64,000 bases of DNA from Podarcis filfolensis. Its lineage: Eukaryota. How positions within the stretch are numbered: the stretch's first letter is position 1; every line of letters begins with the position of its first letter. The translations under genes were made by a program, and so were the position numbers. Positions 15,112 through 25,659 of the stretch are shown here, one piece after another. The notes beneath the pieces are model-generated. The model did not search any database. It was not told the DNA's origin and was given only the letters and a program-made list of their open reading frames with translations. The stretch lies in assembly GCA_964270895.1 (NCBI GenBank), contig OZ185447.1, one strand, 5' to 3'.

Positions 15112-16539
15112 TTTTTATTTATACCCCGCCCTCCCCAGCCTCAGAGCGGCTTACAAGCAATAATAAAAACAAGATGAATGATTACAACTTAAAAACAAAA
15201 ATAAAAAACAACATTAAAATAATGGAACATTAAAACAACCACTGTTATGGTGGGTGGAGGAAGTTTGCCTTGGGTAAGCGTATCATCTTCCGGCCTGCTC
15301 TCAGTCTCTTAACTGTGGGGACATAACTCCTTTTGCCCCCCCCTACCCCAATAGGGCAGCTATGACCATTGAATTTTTCTTTGTGATATCCTGCTACTTC
15401 GGGGAGGGGGGAGCAAAACTCCTAGCTTGAATTAAATTAAATTACATATTTAACCATTGATTACTGAAACTTACTTGTTTTCTCCATTTTTCTGTGAAAT
15501 GTTTTTCTTACAAATTTGCAAAGAACATGTTGCTGAAGTGATTTTTAAGTGTTCTGTTATATTCAGCATTCCTAATGTTTTCAAAAGATTTTCAGTATTT
15601 TTTAAAAAGCCATAATTTTAATATGAATTCAGGACAAAACATATGCTTTAGTTGTTGTTGCTTGGAAAAAATGCAGTCTTGTTGCTTACCTCTTGCAGTG
15701 CTGGAATAGGCCGGACTGGAGTATTGGTTGCTATGGAAACAGCTCTGTGCTTAATTGAAAAAAGCCAACCTGTTTATCCACTGGATATTGTACGAAAGAT
15801 GCGAGACCATCGTGCTATGATGGTGCAAACATCAGTAAGTAAAAAGTACAGGAGCCTATTTTCAATGTGTTTGACCCAATTTCAATATATTGAAATCATA
15901 TAATTGTAATGTTCGAAGGGTCCTCAGTGGTCATCTAGTTCTGCCCTCAAGCTGATGCAGGAAGTTCATTGCTGCAGCATCCCTTGTACATAGTGATTCT
16001 GTCTCTACTGAAGAACACTTAATTGCATCTAAAGTTGCCATGCTTCAACAAAATACTTTCAGAGGGAGATTCCAGCATGAATTAGAACTATTCAAGAAAT
16101 CCTGTTGTATTCACTGAGGCCTGAATTGAAACAGTGGTTTCCTGTGCACTATAGATTTCATTTGGCCTAGATAAACACATTTTGATTTGTGCCCCCTTCT
16201 CTATTCTGCTGGTTTATCTCTGTTTCCTGTCTCTGCTGCCTATCTCAGCTCTTCAAAGATGGATTTAAATCACCTGAAGAACCTAATGCTGATCTCTCCC
16301 TGCCCCCTGTGCATGCTATCCATCTTGGTCTTAAAGGCAATGCTGGTGTTCAGTGTATGAAAATGATGGCATTGTAGCTGAACATTGTACTGATATTATA
16401 TAAATGAAAGATAACTTAGGTTATTTTTAACCTTTTCCCTTTTTGTGTGTGTGTTATGCAGAGTCAGTACAAATTTGTCTGTGAAGCTATTCTTCATGTT
16501 TATAAAGAAGGACTAGTACGCCCGCTGGATTCCAGTTAG
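467..16539 (+). CDS. PTPN3: PTPN3 (PTPH1), 3' part: 13 coding exons encoding linker, PDZ domain and catalytic PTP domain; the FERM-coding 5' exons lie upstream of the window
   Basis: Exons join in phase to 481 codons + TAG. Motifs: [10 protein letters not shown] (PDZ), [87 protein letters not shown] and the C-terminal LDSS* match PTPN3 as I recall it, not PTPN4. Confidence 0.97.
1092..1266 (+). CDS. PTPN3: PTPN3 linker exon (K)NILENNSTQ...[11 protein letters not shown]
   Basis: ttttaatgaag| acceptor and AAG|gtatga donor; 175 nt open. The end matches human DASQYYCDK. Absent from the ORF track. Confidence 0.88.
1789..1866 (+). CDS. PTPN3: PTPN3 exon [26 protein letters not shown] (PDZ start)
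   Basis: ttgtcttccag| and AAG|gtaaaa; 78 nt. Confidence 0.96.
2647..3198. mobile_element. hAT-type MITE, degraded
   Basis: Right end tatcacccagcccta (tagggctgggcgata-type TIR); left end degenerate. Confidence 0.45.
3925..4130 (-). mobile_element. MIR/CORE-like tRNA SINE with L2-type tail
   Basis: acaacaaccctgtaag...gatttgaaccctgg...gtccaacactcta; similar to the copy at 41400-41545. Confidence 0.55.
4872..4928 (+). CDS. PTPN3: PTPN3 exon [19 protein letters not shown] (PDZ)
   Basis: tgttttag| and CCT|gtaagt; 57 nt. Confidence 0.95.
5394..5550 (+). CDS. PTPN3: PTPN3 exon [21 protein letters not shown]...ELVLLIRRK (PDZ end)
   Basis: ttatggcag| and AAAG|gtaagt; 157 nt. Confidence 0.97.
6325..6488 (+). 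CDS. PTPN3: PTPN3 exon (V)LRPFVENK...[14 protein letters not shown]
   Basis: tatttttag| and GAA|gtaagc; 164 nt, phase 1 to 0. Confidence 0.94.
7487..7577 (+). CDS. PTPN3: PTPN3 exon [30 protein letters not shown](Y)
   Basis: ttttctttcag| and CCAT|gtgagt; 91 nt; KNRY motif. Confidence 0.97.
8733..9194 (+). mobile_element. L2 LINE 3' end with (ATT)n tail
   Basis: Open ORF2 C-terminus [27 protein letters not shown]...[15 protein letters not shown], then a short 3'UTR and (ATT)n at 9149-9194. Confidence 0.88.
10021..10082 (+). CDS. PTPN3: PTPN3 exon (Y)[20 protein letters not shown]
   Basis: ttctcttgctag| and AAC|gtaagt; 62 nt; DYINA motif. Confidence 0.96.
10432..10578 (+). CDS. PTPN3: PTPN3 exon [22 protein letters not shown]...[10 protein letters not shown]
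   Basis: tcttctcgtag| and CGG|gtaagt; 147 nt; YIATQGP motif. Confidence 0.97.
11045..11173 (+). CDS. PTPN3: PTPN3 exon [19 protein letters not shown]...EMVITNIE
   Basis: ttttgtgttag| and GAA|gtaagt; 129 nt; KCxxYWP motif. Confidence 0.96.
12627..12640 (+). promoter_or_regulatory. Candidate CTCF site in a PTPN3 intron
   Basis: CCACCAGGTGGCAG matches the CCASYAGRKGGCRS core; motif only. Confidence 0.45.
12976..13109. other. Assembly gap (134 N) in a PTPN3 intron
   Basis: Run of N. Confidence 0.99.
13267..13412 (+). CDS. PTPN3: PTPN3 exon [23 protein letters not shown]...PVLVHC(S)
   Basis: tatttttag| and GCAG|gtgcag; 146 nt; WPD loop. Confidence 0.97.
14130..14630 (+). mobile_element. Old CR1 LINE 3' fragment
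   Basis: Degenerate PLYSVL.RPH.EYC.QF.APHFK-type sequence and a CR1-type tail (ggctggactagat...gattctatg). Confidence 0.7.
15063..15240 (-). repeat. (AAT)n microsatellite (15063-15110) forming the tail of a minus-strand L2-type 3' end
   Basis: About 16 AAT units followed by tttatttataccccgcc...gagcggcttacaa. Confidence 0.7.
15699..15834 (+). CDS. PTPN3: PTPN3 exon (S)[16 protein letters not shown]...RAMMVQTS
   Basis: cctcttgcag| and TCA|gtaagt; 136 nt; completes [10 protein letters not shown]. Confidence 0.97.
16462..16539 (+). CDS. PTPN3: PTPN3 last coding exon [25 protein letters not shown]
   Basis: gttatgcag| acceptor; TAG at 16537-16539. Confidence 0.96.
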   Translation, partial: SQYKFVCEAILHVYKEGLVRPLDSS

Positions 16540-18200
16540 CATAAATGTGAAGAAATGGAGTTCATCTTTCTAAAGACACATGTCAAGCCCAAGTGGTTTG
16601 TGGTGATAGATTATGGCAGAGCTCGCCAAGGCTTTGGGGAAGAGAAAGCAAGTTTGTACCGTGGCACTTTAAAATTCTGTAGGAAATTACTGAACCATGT
16701 AATCTACATATGAATCAGGTAAGTTTGTAAAGGCATGTGATGTGGAATGTACACACACAGAAAACAAGAAAAGAAAATCTTGATGTACTCGCTGTATGCA
16801 CCTTTTATTGCCTTAAAACATTTTTCATTAGACGATTCCAGTGCTCTCCATTGTGAACTGAAAAAGACCAACCAGCAATATCAATGGAAAAGCAACCCAA
16901 TTATTTGAAGAGCCAAGTGCCTTCATCGCCTAAGAGTTGAGTATTCCACAACTCCCACAAAATTAGACTGAAACATCCCAATACCAGTTAATGTTGGCAA
17001 TATTACTTTGCTCAGGCATATTTATGAAATGAAATACCAAGGGCTGGAGCAATGGCACTGTAACCTCTGCAAATCTATCTGCATCACTGATAAGCATATT
17101 TAAAGCAGGCAGAGATCATGTGCTATGCAGAAAAGGCAGTGGGGTAACTGTAGTGAAAGAGGATACAATCTGTCTTCCACTGGTTATTTTTATGTGCTCT
17201 TTGTGTCTGTATTGCTCTTTATCTTGTTATTTCTTCCACATGTTTGTTCTGAAATTGGTAGTGCTTTTAAATTCAGTTTGTTTGATCTGCTCCTTACTTT
17301 CAAAATCTGTTCTTCAGATACAGATAGCAAAGTATCTTTTACTGTTCGTGTAAACATTTTAATCAGGTGCTGGAAGACTGTCTACTGCTGACATAAATAT
17401 ACTGTTGCTGCTAAAATGTAAAGGGCATAGATGTTCAGATGCTAAAACACTTAGTTCATTGTCCATCAGATAAAACTTGTTCTACCCTAATCGTGGGCCA
17501 AGTCTTCCATTGCTTTAGCAACATCATTGCTATTGCTAAGCCATCCCATTGTGTTCAGCTCTCAAGTAACACATGGATGCATATATCGTATGGCTTGGTC
17601 AGATCTTGTGGATGGATCTAGAAGTACCCCTCCTCAGTTGCGGGATGACTTCTGCTTGCATTTTGAAGTATCTATGAAATTTGGCCTACATGTGGATACA
17701 AGGAAAAACAGGCTGTCATGCAGCAGCAAGAATACTACAAAAAAACAAACAAACAAAATCTATTTATCTAGAATGCTGAAAAATCTATAGACTTGTCCAC
17801 AAAGAAGAGCCATGGCTTGAAAAGTGTAAGAAGCTTATAATGCAACCCTGTGCATGCTAGCTCAGAAGTTCCGCTGTCTTCAAAGGCACTTACTCCCTAG
17901 TGAGTGTGTTTAGGGCTGCAGCCTTAATTAATTTATTACACACATAGCATTTGAGGTTTCTGTGTGTGGATACGAACATTTGTATGATGACAGCATGAGA
18001 ATCAGCAATGGTGTGAGTGGCTTAGGAGCAGCAATTGCTCTACAAAGGTATTATATGAATTGATTTTGTTATGTGATGTGAGTGAAATGTTGAAAAGAAC
18101 CTGGATGTATCACAATGTATGTAAAGTATGAATGAGTTGTATTTTGGTAATTTGCTTTAAGGTACACTGGTCTCAGTTTCATTTCAAGGGAGAGAATTGG

Positions 18201-18400
18201 AATAAACCATCACTGTATGGTATTTAAGAATTTGTCTTTGTCAATAAGTGTATAAATTAAATTAAAAGAACATATGGAATATATCATCATGGACTAAAAT
18301 TATGTGTATATAAAGGCTGGTTCTGAGAAAAATCATCTAGAAATTTGAGAAACATTGTGTATATGTTTATATTAAAACCTATTTTTTCTCTTTAATTACA
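18201..18400 (+). terminator. Candidate PTPN3 polyadenylation signals (3'UTR about 16540-18.2/18.4 kb)
   Basis: AATAAA at 18201-18206 is the first canonical signal I found after the stop, followed by GU/U-rich sequence. ATTAAA also occurs near 18257-18266 and at 18371-18376. No transcript data. Confidence 0.4.
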
Positions 18401-19049
18401 AATGTAGCAGTGCAGAATTGAATTACAAATGTATTGTTGTAGTTTTCCCAAGAGGTTCTTTTTCTTCTCTCCTTTTTTCAGTCTGGAATCAAAAGGTTTC
18501 ACAGTGAATGTGATACGGTGACCCTCATTGGGTTCTCAGCTTCTGAGGTGATCATCTTCATCATACATGCAGATTCATACCCAAAATGAGTTGACTAACA
18601 AGTTTAAATTCATTCTGATTATCTCACATGGTCATTTCAAATTGAATATGAACGATCAGTTAATAGCATAGAAAATCATACAAATATTCTAGAAGCCAGA
18701 AAGCTTTGACTTCTCCATCTGGAGTATTCCTTGTTTTCAAGGTACATTTTTTTATTGGTGATTATACCTTAGGGTACTGCAAACCCCCTGCTTGCTCATT
18801 CATAAAAATATTTCTGTTGTGTGTCTTGCACTTGGATTAGGTCCTCAGAGCAGTTTATAGCCAAGTGTCATAAAGCCGTATTGAAAAGCAATTGTGAGAC
18901 AACAGCATGAAAATTAAACAGCAAATCACAACAATTGGAATCCAGAGCAAATGACCACCTGCCCTCTGAGCACGCTCAAAGAGGTAGCTAGACAACTCTC
19001 CCAGGTCAGCAAATGCCATAATTTGGACACTCCTAATGAGTAGGCCCAA

Positions 19050-19407
19050 GGGATGCAGGTGGCGCTGTTGGTTAAACCACAGAGCCTAGGACTTGCCGAT
19101 CAGAAGGTCGGCGGTTCGAATCCCCACAACGGGGTGAGCTCCCGTTGCTCGGTCCCTGCTCCTGCCAACCTAGCAGTTCGAAAGCACATCAAAGTGCAAG
19201 TAGATAAATATGTACCACTCCAGCGGGAAGGTAAACAGCGTTTCCGTGTGCTGCTCTGGTTCGCCAGAAGCGGCTTAGTCATGCTGGCCACATGACCCGG
19301 AAGCTGTCTGCAGACAAACGCCGGCTCCCTCAGCCAATAAAGCGAGATGAGTGCCGCAACCCCATAGTCGGTCACGACTGGACCTAATGGTCGGGTCCCT
19401 TTACCTT
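19050..19407 (+). mobile_element. Sauria SINE (Squam1), full length, inserted in an old minus-strand L2 relic
   Basis: tRNA-type head (ggtggcgctg...ggttcgaatcc), cctttacctt tail and a 16 bp TSD taatgagtaggcccaa (19034-19049, 19408-19423). Confidence 0.9.
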
Positions 19408-19980
19408 TAATGAGTAGGCCCAATCCTGTGCCTGTGGAAAGCAGACAGCTATTTAGATACACAGGTCCCAATCCATTTAGGGCTTTACATTGAAGAACCA
19501 GCAACTTGCACAGAGCCTGGAAATAAACTGGGATCCAACTAACAACTGTGGACTTGTAAGGTCACCATATGTTGCAATAGTTTATCCAAGATTTGTGTGT
19601 TTAAAACTGCTTACTAATTGGTGAAATTGGCAGCATCTAAGGGGGGTTTCTTTAACAGGGACCTTGTCACAATCACCTGCAATACAGACAGAATTAAACC
19701 CTCCAGCAACAAGGAACTAATTACCTCTTCTACCCAGTGAAGCCACAAGGCAGGTTCTTTTGTTAGTTTTTATTTAAAGAAAACCCAATCTAAGAAACTA
19801 TGAGGACTTACAAGGCCAAGTTAAAAATGAGCTTTAATCAGCTAGTATAAGTATGGGTCAAGCACACTTGTTTATATCCCCAAGGATACTCTGTTCTCAG
19901 GCTGTTCAAACTGAAAACTATATGTCAAAAACTTGCCAAGATGAGCTATGGCATCAACCAGAAGCGACCCTGTATTTAAT

Positions 19981-20121
19981 ACTTCTTCAGATACTGAAGA
20001 AGTGTGCATGCACACGAAAGCTCATACCAAGAACTAACTTAGTTGGTCTTTAAGGTGCTACTGGAAGAAAAAAATTTTTTTTGTTTTGACTATGGCAGAC
20101 CAACACGGCTACCTATCTGTA
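19981..20121 (+). mobile_element. Penelope-derived short insertion with inverted 5' end
   Basis: 12 bp TSD cctgtatttaat (19969-19980, 20122-20133). Near-identical to the reverse complement of 61915-62046. Begins with the hairpin acttcttca-gatac-tgaagaagt. Confidence 0.75.
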
Positions 20122-20331
20122 CCTGTATTTAATGTGAGATCCAGGTCAGAATGAATGCAAGCAACCTCCTTCCTTCTACATATTTGCAAAAGCTCATACA
20201 GCATTACATATGTTTGGCTATTTATCTCTATGGCGAACTTATGGAAAACTGGATTACAGCAGTGTATTACTTACTATTACATGTGTTTGCACTTCTTTAT
20301 TGGAAATCTTTGCTTCCTGTGCTAACATTGG

Positions 20332-20811
20332 CCATAACCCTATCTCTAACTCCAACCCTAGCCCTAACCCTAATCTTAACTCCAGCCCTAACCCTGACAT
20401 AAACCTAACCCTAACATTAACCTAACCCTTAACCCTAACCCTAACCTTAACTGTATCCTAACCCTAACCCTCACCTTAACCTTAACCCTCACCTTTACCC
20501 TAACCCTAACTCCAGCTCTAACATGAACACTAGCATTAACCCAAACCAACTTTAATCCAACTTTAAACCTAAACATAATCTTAGCCCCAGCCCTAACCCT
20601 AACATAACCCTAACCTTTACCCTAATCCTAAACCTCACCCTCACCATAACCCTAATCCTATAACCCAAACATTTACAGTAAACCTAATCTTAACCCCAGC
20701 CCTAAACCTAACATTAACCCCAACCCCTAATCCGAACCCTAACCCTAAACCTCACCCTAACCCTAACCCAATCCCTAACCAACTCCAACCCTATAACCCT
20801 AACCCATACCC
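20332..20811. repeat. Degenerate interstitial telomeric-type array (CCCTAA)n
   Basis: About 480 bp in hexamer register with runs of exact CCCTAA and variants (CCTTAA, CCCTCA, CCCCAG, TCCTAA). Confidence 0.9.
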
Positions 20812-22654
20812 ATCTTTATCCTAGGATAAAAGTATTTTCTTTTATAAATCCTAAATCATGCATTTAATGAATCCTAGGATAAAAGATGGGTGTTCCCATT
20901 GGATAAGATTTTTCACAAAAATATTTCAAGCTCAGTAACTTACAAGTTTTCAGTGAATTTGATAATTTTCAGGTAGCACCATCAAAATACTGCTTTTGGT
21001 CTCTAATTTGAGTGCAAATAGGAACAACTATTGCAACTTTGGTTCTAGCAAAGGTTCAACAGCCTGATCAGTGTGATGTTTGCTGGTTACTCAGATTTAT
21101 TAGAAATCAGTGGAAATTTGCTCAAGATTGCTGGATTGCCATGCTTGATTCACACAGCCAGTCCACTTCCCTGCTTTTGTCTTCAGCCTGGGAGGAGGTG
21201 CTGAAGGCATCTCCTGAGAGGAGAGACCTGTATCTGTTCCTCATCTGGGTCTTCCTTTGGGCAGTGTTGGGTTCAGGTTTTAGGGATCATGATGACAAAG
21301 GAAAAGTTTTAATTGATGGGGCTGCTAGTAAGAGGGGCACTGGTTTACTTTCTGAGCCAGTGTGCCTATTCCATGGGGAACAGAGAATGAAAATACTGCG
21401 ACAGAGTTTTCTTCTGAAAGGAGCAATAGCATTTGTTTTTAAATTGTAAGTTTGTATGCTTCCCTCAGTAGCTCAAATGACATCTTTCTCAAGCTTTTCA
21501 TTTTCATCAATTGATTAAAGCATGGGTGCTTGTTCAACTAAACGTTTTTGAAACAGTATGACAGGACTAATTTTAATGCCTGGAGTCCCTAAACTAATTG
21601 AAAACTGTATTGCTAAATGTGCTTCAAAACATGTTATGAAACTGCAGTCCTCAAAGGAGGACCTCAGGTTCCAATATTCAACCTTCAGTCCACTTTGGAA
21701 ATAATTTTGCTACCATCAACCTGCAGGAAACATCCCCAATGACCAAATCCTCTCCCCCTCCCTTTCTCTACATTTCAGAGACGTAATTAAATGCTTGCAT
21801 TGCCATGTGGTGATGAGAGGCATAGATATAGTACAAAATCTCCTTGCATAACAAATATGCTGAGTGCTTGTCTCTGATACGTCAGAAGTGTCAACATAGA
21901 AACTTGATAATTAGCATCTCTAATGAAAAGGGATCCATCACACAATGCACTCTCAACTGCATTGTGAAATGAGGCTTGAAAATGCTAAGTAGCAGTGGTA
22001 TAGATAAAAATCCATTATTTAAAATAAAATAAACCATTTTACGTTTTCAGTTGCAGTATAAGTGTATTACCACTACCACCACCAGCCTAGGGGAATAACT
22101 AATTTCTAATATCAAACTTAAGCACGGCATATATTGTTAGCATTTATCACCTTCAATCAAGCAGCATAGACATTTGCTTTCTATTTCATGGAGAGAAACA
22201 TTATTTTGCCTAGGATCAGCCCCTGCTTCTGGAAACTTCTGGTCACTCAGTCCACACTCCTGCTCATCTATTCTGTTTTCAGATATAGCCTTTGTCTGCA
22301 AGTAAGCATTCTTGCGTAGTATCCTTGGATATGCAGAGAAAGAGTTAGATGGAAAGAAACAGGTTTGCTTGTTTGTAACTAGTTCCTTGGGAACCTTTTT
22401 TTGGCCCCAGGAAAAGATTCAGATATGGTAAACTTCTGGAGGGCCACATTCCATTGATGGGCAGGGCCAAAAGCAAAAAAGAAAAAGCATAAAAATGCAG
22501 ACATTCCCTCCAGTAGAATACATTAAAATGGCTTTTCTCTCTGACAAACCCCTGCCTCTGTTTTTGCTTTTAGGTGAAATGGGTGGTGGCACCTTTTTAA
22601 AAAATGTATTGTTCACACATGTGCAATAGGATCCTGAGTCCTGAATTGCAACAA

Positions 22655-22940
22655 GTCAATTCCAATCTGTTACCTCCGAGGATGTGGACAGGCTGCTTGG
22701 ATGAGTGAAACCAGCCACTTCTCTCCTTGATCCTTGCCCATCCTGGCTTATAAAAGCTAGCTGGGAAGGGCTGGGCGATGGGCTCTGTGGGGTGGTGAAT
22801 GCTTCTCTGTGAGGGAGCCTTCCCAGACCCGCTGAAAGAGGCAGTTATTAAACCGCTTCTTAAAAAAACATCTTCAGATCCGGCCTACTATCGCCCAGTC
22901 TCAAATCTTTCATTCTTGGGCAAGGTGATTGAGCAGGTGT
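22655..22940 (+). mobile_element. L2 LINE internal ORF2 fragment (region just before RT)
   Basis: LDPCPSWLIK...FPDPLKEAVIKPLLKK...YRPVSNLSFLGKVIE with stops and frameshifts. Confidence 0.82.
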
Positions 22941-23910
22941 CTACCAGAGGAAGCAATCGGCCTTTCCTCTTCTGCAAAAAGGGTGTTTGGTTTTCCCATG
23001 CCGCACATCATATGGCATCAGGTGGCTGCAGGTGGGTGTGGGTTGCCCAAAATGGCCTCATGCACCAGAGAGGTGTGACGGACCTAACTAGGCCTGCAAG
23101 TCAGAAGTCCACCACCACCAAGCTGTAGTTATGCAGATGGGCCTTGGCAAAGCTATGGCTGGAACATGTTGCTAGGCTTTACCTACTTGTATAGTTGTAT
23201 AGTGCATTCAAGTGTCCAAAGTGCTTCAGTGTCCTGTAAACCTTACAAAACCCTGTAAGGTAAATAAGCCAATGTTACTATCCCCAATATTGCATATATG
23301 GGTACTGAGGCTGAGCGGGGAGTGAGGGGTTTGACTTAAGACCTAGTGAATTTATGGCACAGGTGAGGTTCATACCAGGGGCTCTATGCACAGCTCAGCT
23401 GTGGGTGGCAAGTCCAGTCGTGGATTAAACTTCTAACTCATTATTTCTAAGTTCCTCCAGCAACTAAATTAGAATAGATATTTAAAGAAAAAGGAACATG
23501 TGATTTACAAAATGGAAAGTTTGGTTTCTATCAGTCCTATTTTTAGGAATTAAAAACCAAATTTTAAATCAATCTACCCTATTAAATACTTGGAGGACAT
23601 TATTTCCAAGAAAACATTAATTCTGAAGTGTATTTATTCATCCTCCTTAAATGGTCACACCTGGAAAGAAAACTCACTGAATACAAAATGGTTTCAACAG
23701 GTATTTCTAAGAATGGATAGAAATATTGGAAGCATTCAATTTGCTGTTGCTAATATAGTACTCATCCTTTATTTAGGTTGAATTATTTTAGAACGAATAC
23801 TAATTAGGATGTGTATTTGGAACATATAAAATAAAAATGAAAGGGCCCCATTCATTTTTATTTCATAATTATTAAAATGAATTAAATGAAATTAAATGAA
23901 AGCTGAAGTA

Positions 23911-24852
23911 CCGTACTTTTCTCTCTATAACACACAGATTTTTTTCTCCTAAAAAGTAAGGGGAAATGTCTGTGCATGTTATTGAGCGAATGTGTGGTCC
24001 CTGGAGCCGACTGGCCCGAGTGCAGGGGCAAAAATCAGGCAAAAATCCGATCGCGCGAGAGAGGAAGCTGTTGCTTTCTTGCATTCTGCCTCAGGGTGTT
24101 ACTGCCCACCCTGTTCTGTTTCGGTTGCTATTTGCTCAAACTGAACAAAGAGCAGGCAAATCCCCTCCCCTCCAGGCAAGCAGAGGGGAAAGGAAAGGAT
24201 CGCGTCCTTCCTTCTAATTCCTCTCCGTGCTCCGGTGCTGCTGCATCCAGGGAAGCATTTTAGGGACTCGCAGGCAGCTGGAAAACATGCAGGCGGGAGA
24301 GAGAGAGAGAGAGAGAGATAGAGAGAGAGAGAGGGCTGGCTTGGGTGGGTGGGGGGGGGGACTTTTGCCTTCCTTTCCTCCCTCCCGTTAAATCCCTCTC
24401 CTGCATTCTTAGCCAGCTGCTTCTCTGCACACCCCTCTTGTGCTCCTTGTCCCTTCTGTGTTTTTCCTTCCCTCCCCACTTAAAACGTGGTTACAAAGCA
24501 TGGATCCACATGGATCCTCAGGATCTTTGCATTGGGTCACCCCAAATTCACCATCAGATCACATTACATGTCCATGGCTACAGCCTGCACCAAAAAAATC
24601 ACGCACCCACTGTTGCCTGGGGCTGCAATAGTGCAAAAACGTGGTTACAAAGCACAGATCCACAGGGATTCTCAGGATTTTTGCATTGGGTCACCCCAAA
24701 TTCACCATCAGATGTCTGTGGCCACAGCATGAGGCACAAAAATAATACATCCACTGTTTCATTCAGAATTCCCCCCCCCCACCCCTGTTTTCCTCCTCTA
24801 AAAATGTTGTGCGTGTTATGGTCAGGTGCGTGTTATAGAGCGAAAAATACGG
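23911..24852. mobile_element. Non-autonomous Tc1/mariner element with an internal tandem duplication
   Basis: TIRs ccgtactttttctctctataa...ttatagagcgaaaaatacgg, TA on both sides. Two ~130-150 bp units at 24482-24760; (GA)n at 24297-24333. Confidence 0.75.
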
Positions 24853-25064
24853 TAATCCTGAATGACCCCCTTTTAAGGTTTCTCCCCCACCCCCACTGCC
24901 AACTCTAATATTCAGCTTTGCACATGAACCTCACTCTTTGTAGGCAGGCAGCTGTATCTTTTAGCAACCATGTTGTCAAAAGTCAGCAGAAATAGAGATA
25001 TGAAGGCGCAGAGCGGGCAGGAAAATCAGAAAACTTGGAGAAGATGGTGGCTGCTTCCAGGCTA

Positions 25065-25254
25065 CAGTCATACCTCATGTTGCGAACGCTGGGGCTTATG
25101 CCTTTGCAGGTTGCGTCCCGTGGCAACCCAGAAGTACTGGAAAGGATTACTTCCGCGTTTTTCCGCTCACACATGCGCAGACGCGGGTTGCGTTCCATTT
25201 AGGTTGCGAACGGGGCTCCGGAACGGATCCCGTTCGCAACCAGAGGTACCACTG
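25065..25254. mobile_element. Tc1/mariner MITE
   Basis: ta|cagtcatacctc...gaggtaccactg|ta. Confidence 0.75.
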
Positions 25255-25659
25255 TACTTCTGTTTTGCAGCTGTTTTGCATAGCATATTGGAAAATCCAG
25301 GTTGTGAAATGACAGTGGATCTGCCATTCTTGCACAACAAACCTACCTATCTCCACCCCTATTAGGCTTTTAACAGTAAGGAAAGTGATGTGCAAATGCT
25401 TGCGTGTGGGGTAACAACAATTTTATGATACAACATTGTATAACCTTGTATAAAAATGAATGCTCAATGGACAACTGAGGCTGTGTAACCTTCCTGCCAG
25501 CTCCGGAGGGATGTTCAATAAAGCAGGTAACACCTTTTAAGTTGAATTACTTAAATAAATGAACTTTTCCACAATATTCTAATTTTCCGAGTTTCACCTG
25601 TATCTTCCTTGAAAATGTAAGGCTATAATCTATTTTATGAAACTGTACAGTCACCTATC

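Noticed and set aside
467-16539. Alternative identity PTPN4
   Set aside because: Diagnostic stretches ([34 protein letters not shown]) match PTPN3, not PTPN4 as I recall it.
19050-19130. tRNA genes at SINE heads (also 28500-28579, 38437-38520, 43900-43968)
   Set aside because: They have A and B boxes only, no cloverleaf, and continue into SINE bodies.
20151-20576. ORFs rich in TLTL, NPNP or VRVR
   Set aside because: They are translations of the telomeric-type array.
24482-24760. Repeat-spacer-like pattern (possible CRISPR)
   Set aside because: Only two long units, inside a TA-flanked vertebrate DNA transposon; there is no prokaryotic context.
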